Shown: in pieces, positions 53,201 to 63,173 of the stretch
How positions within the stretch are numbered: the stretch's first letter is position 1
Layout: each line of letters opens with the position of its first letter
DNA from: Octopus vulgaris
Taxonomy: Eukaryota
DNA length: 64,000 nt
NCBI GenBank assembly: GCA_951406725.2
Contig: OX597842.1
Location: 9,610,001 to 9,674,000, forward strand
Direction: 5' to 3'
The notes under the pieces: model-generated
Told to the model about the DNA's origin: nothing
What the model saw: only the letters and a program-made list of their open reading frames with translations
The model's database searches: none
Program-made: the position numbers and the translations under genes

Positions 53201-56200
53201 CACACCACACGTACGTACACACACATCCACCATTTCGTACGTACGTACACCACACATCCACCACTTTGCATGTACACCACACATCCACCATTTCGCACGT
53301 ACACCACACACCCACCATTTCGTACGTACACCACACATCCACCATTTCATGTATGCCATGTATCCACCATTTTGTACACGCATGCCCCATGTATCCACCA
53401 ATTTATACATGTATGTATATGTGTAAGTATAAATGTATATATAACATTTAATCCTTTTTTTCTTTGTAGAAAACATTTTATGGTCCTAAGAAACGTTGGG
53501 CATCTTTTGCAGCACTTCTAAACCCTTTAGTATGGATGAATTTATGTAGAGCGAAAAAGAAAGGCGTAAGTGGTAACACATCAGGTGAAGGAAGACTTTT
53601 AGGGGGTAAGTCATCATTTGTCTTGTTCTTTTTTGCTTGTTTTTTTTTTTGTCATTGATGTGTGCCCATTCTGGGGACACTGCCTTGAAGGGCTCAAGTC
53701 AAGTGGTTCTCAGTTGGGTTCCATGGGGGTCCCTGAGATTTTGTTATTAAAATTTTATGTGCAATAAATGGAGGGCAGCGAACTGGCAGAATTGTTTGCA
53801 TGCAGGGCAAAGTGCCCAGTGGTATTTATTTCATCTGTTGGTGGCACATAAAAAGCACCATTCGAGGGTGGTCGTTACTGGCACGTGAAAGAACATCTGA
53901 GTGAGGTTGTAGCCAGTGCCACTGGACTGGCTCCTGTGCAGGTAGCATGTAAAAAACACCATTTGAGTGTGGCCATTGCCAGTACCACCTGACTGGCACG
54001 TAAAAGCACTCACTACACTCTCAGAGTGGTTGGCATTAGGAAGAGCATCCAGCTGTAGAATTTCTACCAGACCAGATTGGAGCCTGGGGCAGCCATCTGG
54101 TTCGCCAGTCCTCAGTCAAATCGTCCAACCCATGCCAGCATGGAAAGTGGACGTTAAATGATGATGATGCTCTGAGTTTAAATACCACCAAGGCTGACAT
54201 TGTTTTCATCCTTTTGGAGTTGATAAAATAGGTACCAGTTGAACACCAGGGTAGATTTAATCGGCTTACCTCCTACCCCATAATTGCTGGCTTTGTGCCA
54301 AAACTTATGTGCAATAAATGAAGGGCAGCAAGATGTCGGAATCGTTAGATTGCAGGGCAAAATGCTTATTGGCATTTTTGTCTGTCTTTACATTCTGAGT
54401 TCAAATTCCACCAGTGTCAACTTAGACTTTTATCCCTTTCAGGGGTTGATAAAATACATACCAGTCAAGCACTGTGGATTAATTGTGGGACCAGAAGTGG
54501 GTTCATACTGAGGATGGTTTGTCGTGGATTGTGTTCAGTGGGGTTGTTTTGTCTTGGAAATTTAATTTATGAGAAGATTAACCCTTTAGCATTTAATCCG
54601 GCCAAAAGTATTCTGCTTGTTTTATGTTCAAACTGGCCAGATCTGGTCTCTCACACCAACCCTACAATATCGTTTTTAAAATTAACAGCTACCTCATCAG
54701 AATCTCATAGCTACAAGATAATGCATGATTAGTTCAAAACAATTTGGATGAAAAAGCATTAATTTTGGTAGAATAATGTGAACACTAATGGGTTAATAAA
54801 CAAAGGTTGTTTTTGTGTGGTGGAATAATTAATTACAAAGTGCATTTCAGACATTCTAAGACTTTTCCAGGTGAGACATTTATTAATTTCAATGAAGTAC
54901 AAAACAACAGTCTCCTTCAAGTAGGATCCCCTAATTTCAATATACTCGTAGCATTCCATCCACTTTGTGAATGTGTCAGGACCCTTGTCACAGCCTCTTG
55001 AAGTTCTCATTGGACTTGTGATCGTAAGATTGTGGTTTCGATTCCTAGACCGGACAATGCTTTGTGCTCTTGAGCAATACACTTCATTTCACATTGCCCT
55101 ATTCCACTCGGCTGGTAAAAAAATGAATAATCCTTTGATGGGCTGGTGTCCCGTCCGAGTGGGTAATTTACATGCCATGGAAACCAGCCCTTATGAGGTA
55201 ACTTTACCTTGTCACAGCCTCTTTTGCCTTCTCAATGCCTTCAAAATAACTGTCCCTGAAGTTCTCCTTCAGTACTCCAACCATTTTGGTAAGGTTCCAT
55301 GGCTGTTGTTGTTGTTAAGCAACAAGACGGGTAAGGGTGATGGTCTTGGGCTTAGTGGCGGAAGACCCCAGATCGTGGCCAAACAAAAAAAAAAAACTTT
55401 GGTCGTCTTGTAGTTGAGGGCTCTTCTTTGACGCCTGACACCACTGGGAGGTGGCCCTCGAAGTCGCTGGAAATGGAGATCTCCAGGTTCAAATTCTTGA
55501 ACGGCAGGTTCCATAGCTGTGACAAGGTGTCCAGGACCCTTGTCACAGCCTCCTTCATCTTCAAAACAACTGCCCCTAAAGTTCTACTTCAGCTTAGGGA
55601 ACAACCAAAAGTCACAAGGTCTGGACTATAGGGAGTGTGAGAGACAGTTTTTTGGTGCCTATCTCTGTCGATTGCCAGGATATTCATCACCAAGCATCCT
55701 GGGAACAAAATTTGCACACGTTCAGATCTCCATGAATAATTCTGTGTACAGTTGATATGCCAACTCCAAGCCATGTGCTTATTGTCTTTTATAGATACAC
55801 GATGGTCTTCATCCACAAAACTGCAAATTTTCTCAACCAGCTTTGATGTACATCATTTACATTTGATGAATATTTGTCCTCATCTTGTTTGTTGTTAACA
55901 CAACGTTTCAGCTGATATACCCTCCAGCCTTCTTCAGGTGTCTTGGGGAAATTTTGAACCTGGGGTCTCATTCCTAAGGTATTTGAGTCTCTACATCTAC
56001 ACAGGAAAGTTAGATGGTTTGAAAGAGGAGCTAGTATTTGATAGAGTTTCTCTATATGTCTCCATTGAAGTCTAATGTTGGCTCCGTACCAATTAGATAA
56101 TACAGTTCCATATTAAAGAGATGAGGAATTATGGACATTATTTATATTTGAAGGCTATTTGTCCTCATCTTGTTTGTTGTCATCACCTTTCGGCTCATAT

Positions 56201-58578
56201 ACCTTCCAGCCTTCATCAGGTGTCTTGGGGTAATTTCGAACCTGGGTTCTCATTCCGAAGGTATTTTTCGATGTTATTATTATTCCAAGCAGTGACCCGA
56301 AAAATAATATCGAAAAATACCTTCGGAATGAGAACCCAGGTTCGAAATTTCCCCAAGACACCTGATGAAGGCTGGAGGGTATATCAGCTGAAACGTTGTG
56401 TTAACAACAAACAAAAATGAGGACAAATATCCGTTGAATGTCAATAATGTAAATATGACGATGGTGATATACTAAAATTACTACAATCTAAGTTCCTTTC
56501 CTAAAAAAGTCTCAAAACTTCTGGAATGCACCTTGTATGCTTAATTTTTGTTTTCTGTTTTATATATTTGACTCCATCTCTTTCCTTTTTCTTGTTTTAC
56601 AGGAGTTTTCGTAATTGGTCCGGCAGAAGCGGGGATTTTGCTGGATCATCGAGAAAACAAGTTCGGAGACCACGTCAAGGCGGAGCTGATCAAGTCTGTC
56701 GTGGCACAGTTCAGGGGAACAGATAAAGACAAAGGCGGAGAAGGTACAGCAGTTGTGGAGAGTGCCGTCGATGAACCGAAGAGTGCATTTGGGGGCTTCT
56801 CTGACATCACCCGTGGCGTGACCGACTCGCTGCAAGATACAGCATCTGGTGCAACGAGTATGGCCAGCCAAGTGCAACAGAACGTCACGAGCGGAATTGA
56901 GGACGCAAAGCAGAGCGCCACTGACGAGATTGATCGTGCCAAGTCAGGCGTGGCAGAAACTGCGAGCGAAATGCAGCAGGACGTAGAGAGCACGGTCGCT
57001 GAAGGGAAAAAGAGCTTAGTAAGCGGTTTCGCTGATGCACGGAAATCAGCAACAGATAGTTACAGCGGCGTGACTAGTTCATTTGGTGATGCACAGAAAA
57101 GTGCAGTGTCAGGATTCAATGAAGCGAAGCAATCTGCAGTAAAAGGATATGGAGACGCTCGTAGCGGAGTCACAAGTACCATCAGTGGTGCACAAGAAAG
57201 TGCAGTATCCGGTTTCAATGAAGCGAAGCAGTCTGCGAGTCAAGGACTCGGAGATATTCGCAGCGGCGTAACAAGCACCATCTCGGATACACAGAAAAGT
57301 GCGGTCACCGGATTCAATGAAGCGAGACAATCTGCTGTCAAAGGAGCCAGTGATATTCGCAGCGGTGTAACCAGCACCGTGTCCGATGCGCAGAAAAGTG
57401 CAGTAACAGGATTCAATGAAGCGAAGCAATCTGCTGTCAAAGGAGTCGGAGATATCCGCAGTGGCGTAACCAGTACAGTCTCTGATGCACAGAAAAGTGC
57501 AGTCACTGGATTCAATGAAGCAAAACAATCTGCTGTCAAAGGAGTTGGAGATATCCGCAGCGGCGTAACCAGTACAGTCTCTGATGCACAGAAAAGCGCA
57601 GTCACCGGATTCAACGAAGCGAAGCAATCTGCGGTGCAAGGAGCCAGTGATATTCGCCGAGGTGTGAGCAGCACTGTGAGCGATGCACAAAAGAGTGCAA
57701 CATCTTCATTCAATGAAGCAAAACAATCGGCTGTCCAAGGGGCCGGAGATATTCGCAGCAGCGTTACAGGTGCGATTAGCGAAACACAAAAAAGTGCAGC
57801 GTCTGGACTCGATGATGCAAAGCAGTCAGCGATGCAAGGGTACAGTGACATTCGTAGCGGAATAAGCAGCACCGCCAGTGATGCACAGAAAAGTGCAGTC
57901 ACAGGATTCAATGAGGCGCGAAAATCTGCAACTGATAGCATTGGTGACATTCGCAGTGGTGTGACCAGCTCGGTAAGCAGTGCGCAGAAGAATGTAGTAT
58001 CTGGAATCAATGATGCCAAACAATCTGCATCCCAGGGCCTTGGTGACATGCAGCAAAAGGTGACAGCCTCTGTTGCTGATGTGCAACGGAGCAGCGCATC
58101 TAGTTTTTCGTCAGCCAAGCAAGGCCTCACCTCCGGTGTTTCCAGTGCAAAGGGCAGCTTCAACACTGCCAAGGACGATGCGGCGAGCACTTTCTACGAT
58201 GCCAAGCAGTCTCTCGACGACAGCGTGTCGTCATCCAAGCAAGCAGTCTGCGAGAGTGCAAACACCGTTCGTTCGGACGCAGATGCTGCAAAGAACCAAC
58301 TAGCAAGCAGCGTCCAGTCGGCAAAGGATCTCGGTTCAGAAACTGCAGACAAAGCGAAACAGACCACGACCACAGAGGCAGCCGGTCTTAAGGGCACCCT
58401 AGACAAGTTCACCAAGGACCTGCCTGGCAAGGAAGATTTCCAAGAGGCCCTGGACATGGCTAAAGAGGTCGGCAAAGAAGAAATAAAAGATGTTATTGAA
58501 CAAGTAAAAACCACAGCCGGGACTGCAGTATCGGATTATACGACGCAGTTCACCGATAAACTTGGTTCCTGGAGTTAA
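47473..58578 (+). CDS. PRXL2A: Selenoprotein U / peroxiredoxin-like 2A (FAM213A family) with UxxC motif, fused to a ~600-aa 11/33-mer amphipathic repeat tail; 5 coding exons, 2400 nt, 799 aa
   Basis: Manual splicing of join(47473..47550,49878..49952,50637..50771,53470..53605,56603..58578), all GT-AG with phases 0,0,0,1, gives [59 protein letters not shown]...[17 protein letters not shown]...[33 protein letters not shown]. This is colinear with human PRXL2A as recalled (ELWEKNGAVIMAVRRPGCFLCREEA, GEIFLDEKKKFYGP, GEGFILGGVFVVG, GILLEHREKEFGDKV). Confidence 0.93.
48127..48795 (+). mobile_element. Three tandem SINE family B copies in the first coding intron
   Basis: Three head-core-tail units separated by (ATT)n. 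Confidence 0.75.
49878..49952 (+). CDS. PRXL2A: PRXL2A/SelU coding exon 2 with Sec codon TGA at 49935-49937 (U46) and Cys49
   Basis: TTTTCACAG acceptor and GTAAGC donor; translates [24 protein letters not shown]. Confidence 0.93.
50637..50771 (+). CDS. PRXL2A: PRXL2A/SelU coding exon 3
   Basis: TTTTCAG acceptor and GTAAGT donor; [45 protein letters not shown]. Confidence 0.92.
50785..51178 (-). mobile_element. SINE family A in SelU intron 3, adjacent to the truncated end of the RPL13 pseudogene
   Basis: Full reverse copy. Confidence 0.8.
51200..51990 (-). pseudogene. RPL13: Processed pseudogene of 60S ribosomal protein L13 (eL13), N-terminal ~120 codons, split by a SINE
   Basis: [29 protein letters not shown]...[15 protein letters not shown] | [41 protein letters not shown]...[11 protein letters not shown] matches eL13 motifs (HFHKDWQ, APRP, GRGFSLEEL, TIGISVD, LQANVQRLKEY); intronless, many substitutions at conserved sites, 3' part missing. 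Confidence 0.9.
51389..51806 (+). mobile_element. SINE family B (partly duplicated) inserted into the RPL13 pseudogene
   Basis: GCCTTTCATCCTTTCAGGGTCGATAAATTAAGTACC core twice; 9-bp TSD GACATGTAA at 51380-51388 and 51807-51815. Confidence 0.85.
52124..53400. repeat. 27-bp minisatellite (TACACCACACATCCACCATTTCGTACG)n, roughly 45 copies
   Basis: Directly visible tandem unit; 9-aa periodic translations in all frames. Confidence 0.95.
53470..53605 (+). CDS. PRXL2A: PRXL2A/SelU coding exon 4
   Basis: TCTTTGTAG acceptor and GTAAGT donor (phase 1); [45 protein letters not shown]. Confidence 0.9.
54800..55840 (-). mobile_element. Degenerate, fragmented mariner (Tc1/mariner) transposase remnants
   Basis: Minus strand reads HTPYSPDL, then a frameshift to [31 protein letters not shown] (~55520-55640) and [16 protein letters not shown] (~54910-54970); this fits the mariner YSPDLAPxD motif and C-terminus. 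Confidence 0.7.
55850..56450. mobile_element. Three Penelope-like terminal-repeat fragments (two forming an inverted pair) with minimal hammerhead motifs
   Basis: Copies at ~55850-55985 (-), ~56156-56280 (-) and ~56303-56450 (+); CCTGATGAAGGCTGG...TCAGCTGAAACGTTGTG signature. Confidence 0.65.
56603..58578 (+). CDS. PRXL2A: Terminal coding exon: end of the PRXL2A domain plus LEA/perilipin-4-like repeat tail
   Basis: TTTTACAG acceptor; [31 protein letters not shown] continues without a stop into the 646-aa ORF (56638-58578) and ends at TAA. Confidence 0.9.
57088..58077 (+). repeat. Ten tandem 99-nt (33-aa = 3 x 11-mer) coding repeats, consensus [11 protein letters not shown][22 protein letters not shown]
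   Basis: Exact 99-nt periodicity (GAT codons at 57088, 57385, 57484, 58078), flanked by more degenerate 11-mers. Confidence 0.92.
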
Positions 58579-60452
58579 ACAGACCGTGACGATGGCAATA
58601 AAGACATTGTCAGTGGAAGCTGTTGATCGGATTATATCACCATCGTCACCATCAGCAGCAAACACACTCACACACACGCATATAGATATACAAGCACACA
58701 CACACATGCATACATATGCATAAATACAAACGTGTGTATATATGTATATGTGTATAAACACGCACACACACACATATATACACTTGCATATACACACGTC
58801 GAAATACACACACAGGTACATTAACCCAAAGATACACATGTATAAACACACACATACACAGATAAACACAAACACATATACTTATAAATGAATATATAAA
58901 TACATACATATATACACGTTTCCAGGAATCAAAATGATTTATAAAAAAAAAAAAGACAGGAAAAATACTGAAAAGAACCCATAAAAAAAATAGAGAAAAA
59001 GTACATAAAAAAAACATCAAAAATGTGTAAAATTTAAATGAATGAAGACCACGAAGAAGACGCCGCCGAAGAAGACGAAAGAGGGGGGAACTCCCCACTC
59101 TCCCCTCGTTAGCTCCCCGCTAAAGAAAAATAAATTGAACAGTGAAAAAAGAGAGAGAGAGAGGAGAGAGAGAAAGCAAGATCAGATGCTGTAATCTAAA
59201 CTAATTGGATTCGTTCATTAAGTTACCTCCTGTTGCCGTCGCCCTCCCTCCCCCCTCGCCTTGCCAACCACCACCACCACCACCCGTCGACGCCTCCACC
59301 ACCATCACTTCCTTCAGCAGCAAGAAAAAACAAAGAGGAAAATGTTATATTGTTTAAAGGCGTCGGCTGGATTGTTACTATGGCAACAATGGCAACTAGT
59401 TGTGTAGTTTGCTGGGTTGGGCCGTGGTGTGTGTGTGTGTATGCGTGAGTAACATGTATATGCAAGTGTAATGTATTTGTGCGCCTGTGTTTATATGCAT
59501 GTCTGTATGTATATATATATACATATATATATAAGCAAATGTGAAGATATATACATGTATGCATGCATCTACAAGTGCATGTGTATATATTAAAGCATAT
59601 GTATTTGTGTACATAAATATATATATATATATATGTACATACATGCACATACATACACAGCCCATATCTATATATAGTGCAAACGTGCATGCACTCATAA
59701 ATGCATACACACATGGATCACACTTCCCAGTTGGTACCCAGGCATTTTCCATTATTTCAACTTCTTTCCTTAAACTCTGGACACAGAAAGGAATCGGTGA
59801 GAGGAGGAGGAAGAGGAAGACCAAGAAGAAGAGTAGGAGGGATTATCTGTCTGTCTCTGTGTGTATATCTATATCTCTCTCTCTCTCTTTATATGTCCTA
59901 TGTCTCCGTTAATCTGTCCTGTATTCCGACCGTTTCATGTCTGTCCGCAATAAATCTGCTGTAACGCTATATATGTGTCGTTGAGGTACACTCGAGGCCC
60001 CTTTTTTTTTTTTCTCGCCCGTTCTCTCTCGACCAACGTTACCCGTGTGACATCGGCCCAACTTTTCCCCACTGGGTTCACACGCGTACGTCCGGTCGAA
60101 ATACATTCTGGCCTCACCTGCTTACATACCTTACCTGCCTAAACTGCCTTCCTGCATGCCTTTTCGTCTGTCTCTCCGTCTCTTGGTGTCCGTCCATATC
60201 TGTTTTGTAAGTATGTGAGTGAACGCCTGAATGAATGCGTGCATGTTTGCCAGAGTGCCCATCTTTTGAAGCATGCAATTTTCCAAGAAGAAACAGTGAG
60301 AAAGTGTAAAGGAAAAAAAAAAAATTACAAAAAAAAATAATAATAATTTCCATGCATTGGTGTTGCAGTTTGGTGCAGCTTTGCGGTTGTTGAGAAGTGG
60401 TAGTAATAAAGGTTATTGTTATTATTATTCTCAATGGTTATCGCTATTCCAT

Positions 60453-60546
60453 GCGAGGGCTCACTGCCGAATGACGGCACCAGACTCAAAAGTCACTGAC
60501 CCTGTCTGGGAGCCCGATGAAATCCTACCGCAGAATAACCCCTCGT
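60453..60546 (+). promoter_or_regulatory. SECIS element (eukaryotic type II) in the 3'UTR
   Basis: ATGAC (60471-60475) / CGAT (60515-60518) quartet; helix II GGC-A-CCAGAC / GTCTGG-GA-GCC; AAAA at 60488-60491, 12 nt after the core; apical mini-stem GTC-act-GAC; helix I CTGC/GCAG plus GCGAGGG/CCCTCGT. Confidence 0.88.
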
Positions 60547-60724
60547 TCATCGAATGTGATATCTGCAGACCTCCGCCAAACGCAGCCACCACCAACCACT
60601 CACTATCTTCCCACCCACCCACCCACCCACCCACCCCGACATGTCCCTCTCCTCCCCTCTCCAACAAAAAACATATACAATACATTGACTGGAGAATGGA
60701 GAGAAAAAAAGCGTAATGAACAAA

Positions 60725-60839
60725 AATAAAGCCCTCCCCCTCCATTGCCATGGTCCCCACCCGAGAAAAAGTACAATTCAAATTACAGAAAAAGCTTCAT
60801 AAAGAATAATATTTAAAAAAAATGAAAAATTACAATAAA
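60725..60839 (+). terminator. Candidate distal polyadenylation signals downstream of the SECIS
   Basis: AATAAA at 60725-60730 and 60834-60839, followed by a GT/T-rich tract at ~60888-60910. Confidence 0.45.
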
Positions 60840-60902
60840 AGTTTTGAAAATTTCCCCACAAAAAAAATTTAAAAAAAAAAAGAAACTTTGATGTGTCTTT
60901 TG

Positions 60903-60936
<34 letters not shown>

Positions 60937-61106
60937 CTATATATTAATACGCTAAGGCTGAAATGTGTTGAACTGTCATGTGGTTAGCTGAAAGGAGAGA
61001 CAAAGAACGAAAGAAAAAGTGGAAGAGAGAAGTGTTAACGACATGAGGTAGGGAGAAAGTAATAGTTGTTATGCTAGGATGCTGTCGAGTGGTTAGTTCA
61101 AAAGAG

Positions 61107-61880
61107 GGATCTTTTCCTTTTGAACGGCACTTTGTAACATCATTTCTAGGTAACTAAAAAGTTTTAAACTTCATATACTGGTAGAATGTGTTTATAAAAC
61201 ATCATTCTCTCTTTGCTTTATTGAGAAGATTCTATAGTTTGTAAGATATTTCGTCTGAAATTTCGAGCATTTCGGCAATTTTAGCCAATCGATTACCTCC
61301 ATTTAGGTAAATAACATTCTGTGCATAATGAATATGTCCCTCGTTTAAGAAACAGATTGGGTTTATTTACATTTGTGAAGAAAAAAAGATACCCTTCCCC
61401 AACCCCTAACCCTAAATCTAAAATAGATTGAAATGCAATAGATCGATACTGGGGCCATAATTATGGGTGACATTTTCATTTGACATCGCTAGAAAAAAAT
61501 CCCATTTTCCGTAGCAGTGTCATAAGAAATTGTCACCCATAATTATAACCCTAGTATCAATCTATTGCATTTCAATCTATTTTAGGGTTAGGGGTGAGGG
61601 AAGGGTATCTTTTTTTTCTTCACAAATGTAAATAAACCCAATCTGTTTCTTAAACGAGGGTCATATTCATACGGCACAGAATGCTTTTTAACTCAAGACG
61701 TCATTGATTGGTTGAAATTGAAAAAAAAAACAACAAATATCTTACAAACTATAGAATTTTCTCAATAAAGCCAAGAGAAAGAGATGTTTCATAAACACAT
61801 TCTACCAGTATACGAAGTTTAAAATTTTTTTAGTTACCTAGAAATTATTTTACAAAGTGCCGTTCAAAAGGAAAAGATCC
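61107..61880. mobile_element. Fold-back non-autonomous DNA transposon (MITE) with ~380-bp inverted arms; Merlin/hAT-like 8-bp TSD
   Basis: Starts GGATCTTTTCCTTTTGAACGGCAC and ends GTGCCGTTCAAAAGGAAAAGATCC; flanks CAAAAGAG / CAAAGGAG; internal CCCTAACCCTAA motifs. Confidence 0.85.
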
Positions 61881-62056
61881 CAAAGGAGAAACAAAAAGAG
61901 GGAGAGTGTGTTTACTCTGAGAGGGAAGGGATAAAAAGTGGAGAGAGATAAACAAGTTAGAGGCATGTGGTATAATTGAAGTGAGAGGCAAAGAGAGAAT
62001 GTTGACAGAAAGGGAACGTGGAAGTGGAAAGCAGTTGCATGATTTTAAACATCATA

Positions 62057-62406
62057 CCAACCACATGGTTCCAGGTTCAGTCCCACTGCTTGGCACCTTG
62101 GGCAAGTGTCTTCTACTATAGCCTCGGGCCGACCAAAGCCTTGTGAGTGGATTTGGTAGCCGGAAACTGTAAAGAAGCCCATCGTATATATGTATGTATA
62201 TATATATATATATGCGTGTGTTTGTCCCCCTAGCATTGCTTGACAACTGATGCTGGTGTGTTTATGTCCCCGTTACTTAGCGGTCCGGTAAAATAGACCG
62301 ATAGGATAAGTACTAGGCTTACAAAGAATAAGTCCAGGGGTCAAGTTGCTCGATTAAAGGCGGTGCTCCAGCATGGCCGCAGTCAAATGACTGAAACAAG
62401 TAAAAG
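62057..62406 (+). mobile_element. SINE family A (5'-truncated)
   Basis: Same motifs. Confidence 0.78.
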
Positions 62407-62581
62407 TGCAAGAGTATATAATAGTATATTGTGACAGACAATAAGTTTTGTTGTGGTTACAGGTTTTAATGTTCAAATTTCTATATTTTCAATTGGTTGA
62501 TGTATCTATGTGGATTGACTGTTTATTCAAGGACAGAAAATAGAAAGACAGATGGCTGATATATTGATACATAATTAAATT

Positions 62582-63173
62582 TGGTGTTGGAGAAGGCTTT
62601 TACGGATTCCATGGACAGCGAGGCTCACCAATGGAGAAGTTCTTAAGCAAATAAGGCCAAAAATGTCGCTGGAAGCTAGGATCACCAAGCATAGGTTGGC
62701 ATATTTCGGTCATATTATGCAGAGAAAATCCCTGGAGAAGGACATCATGCTCGGAATGGTCAGTGGCAAGAGAGGAAGAGGCCGACCAAGAACCCGCTGG
62801 CTTGACACCATCAAGAGTGATACCGGAATGGACATAGCCAATCTGAAGGAAGCGGCCCAGGATAGAACTGACTGGAGGACACTGATCCAACGAGTGACCG
62901 AGAGTCGACTTCGACTGAGCGGATATATATATAGAAAGAGAGAGAGATTTATATATATATATATTATGCGGAAAAAATCCCTGGAGAAGGACATCATGCT
63001 CGGAATGGTCAGTGGCAAGAGAGGAAGAGGCTGACCAAGAACCTGCTGGCTTGACACCATCAAGAGTGATACCGGAATGGACATGGCCAGTCTGAAGGAA
63101 GCGGCCCAGGATAGAACTGACTGGAGGACACTGATCCAACGAGTGACTGAGAGTCGACTTTGACTGAGCGGAT
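62582..63173 (+). mobile_element. RTE-clade (BovB-like) LINE 3' fragment with a tandem duplicate of its last ~210 bp
   Basis: WCWRRLLRIPWTAR.TN.EVL...SLEARI.K.RLAYFGHIMQRKSLEKDIMLG.VSGKRGRGRPRTRWLD...DR.DWR.LI..VTESRLRL is the typical RTE/BovB ORF C-terminus; the copy at ~62963-63173 carries stops. Confidence 0.88.

Noticed and set aside
52124-53400. CRISPR-like regularity
   Set aside because: Head-to-tail repeats with no unique spacers, in a eukaryotic context with no cas genes.
52026-53521. 447-472-aa His/Thr/Pro-rich ORFs
   Set aside because: The 27-bp satellite is open in nearly all frames, is intronic and shows no codon-position bias.
57109-58514. Antisense ORFs (up to 316 aa) over the repeat exon
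   Set aside because: Shadow frames of the repetitive + strand CDS; the synonymous pattern supports only the + frame.
56638-58578. Stand-alone LEA/perilipin gene starting at TTG
   Set aside because: The ORF begins with the PRXL2A C-terminal motifs and is preceded by a strong acceptor in the correct phase.
58586-58649. SECIS immediately after the stop codon
   Set aside because: Has an outer stem but no AUGA/GA quartet with correct helix II spacing.
61395-61425. Interstitial telomere
   Set aside because: Only two or three CCCTAA units, and they are part of the MITE arms.
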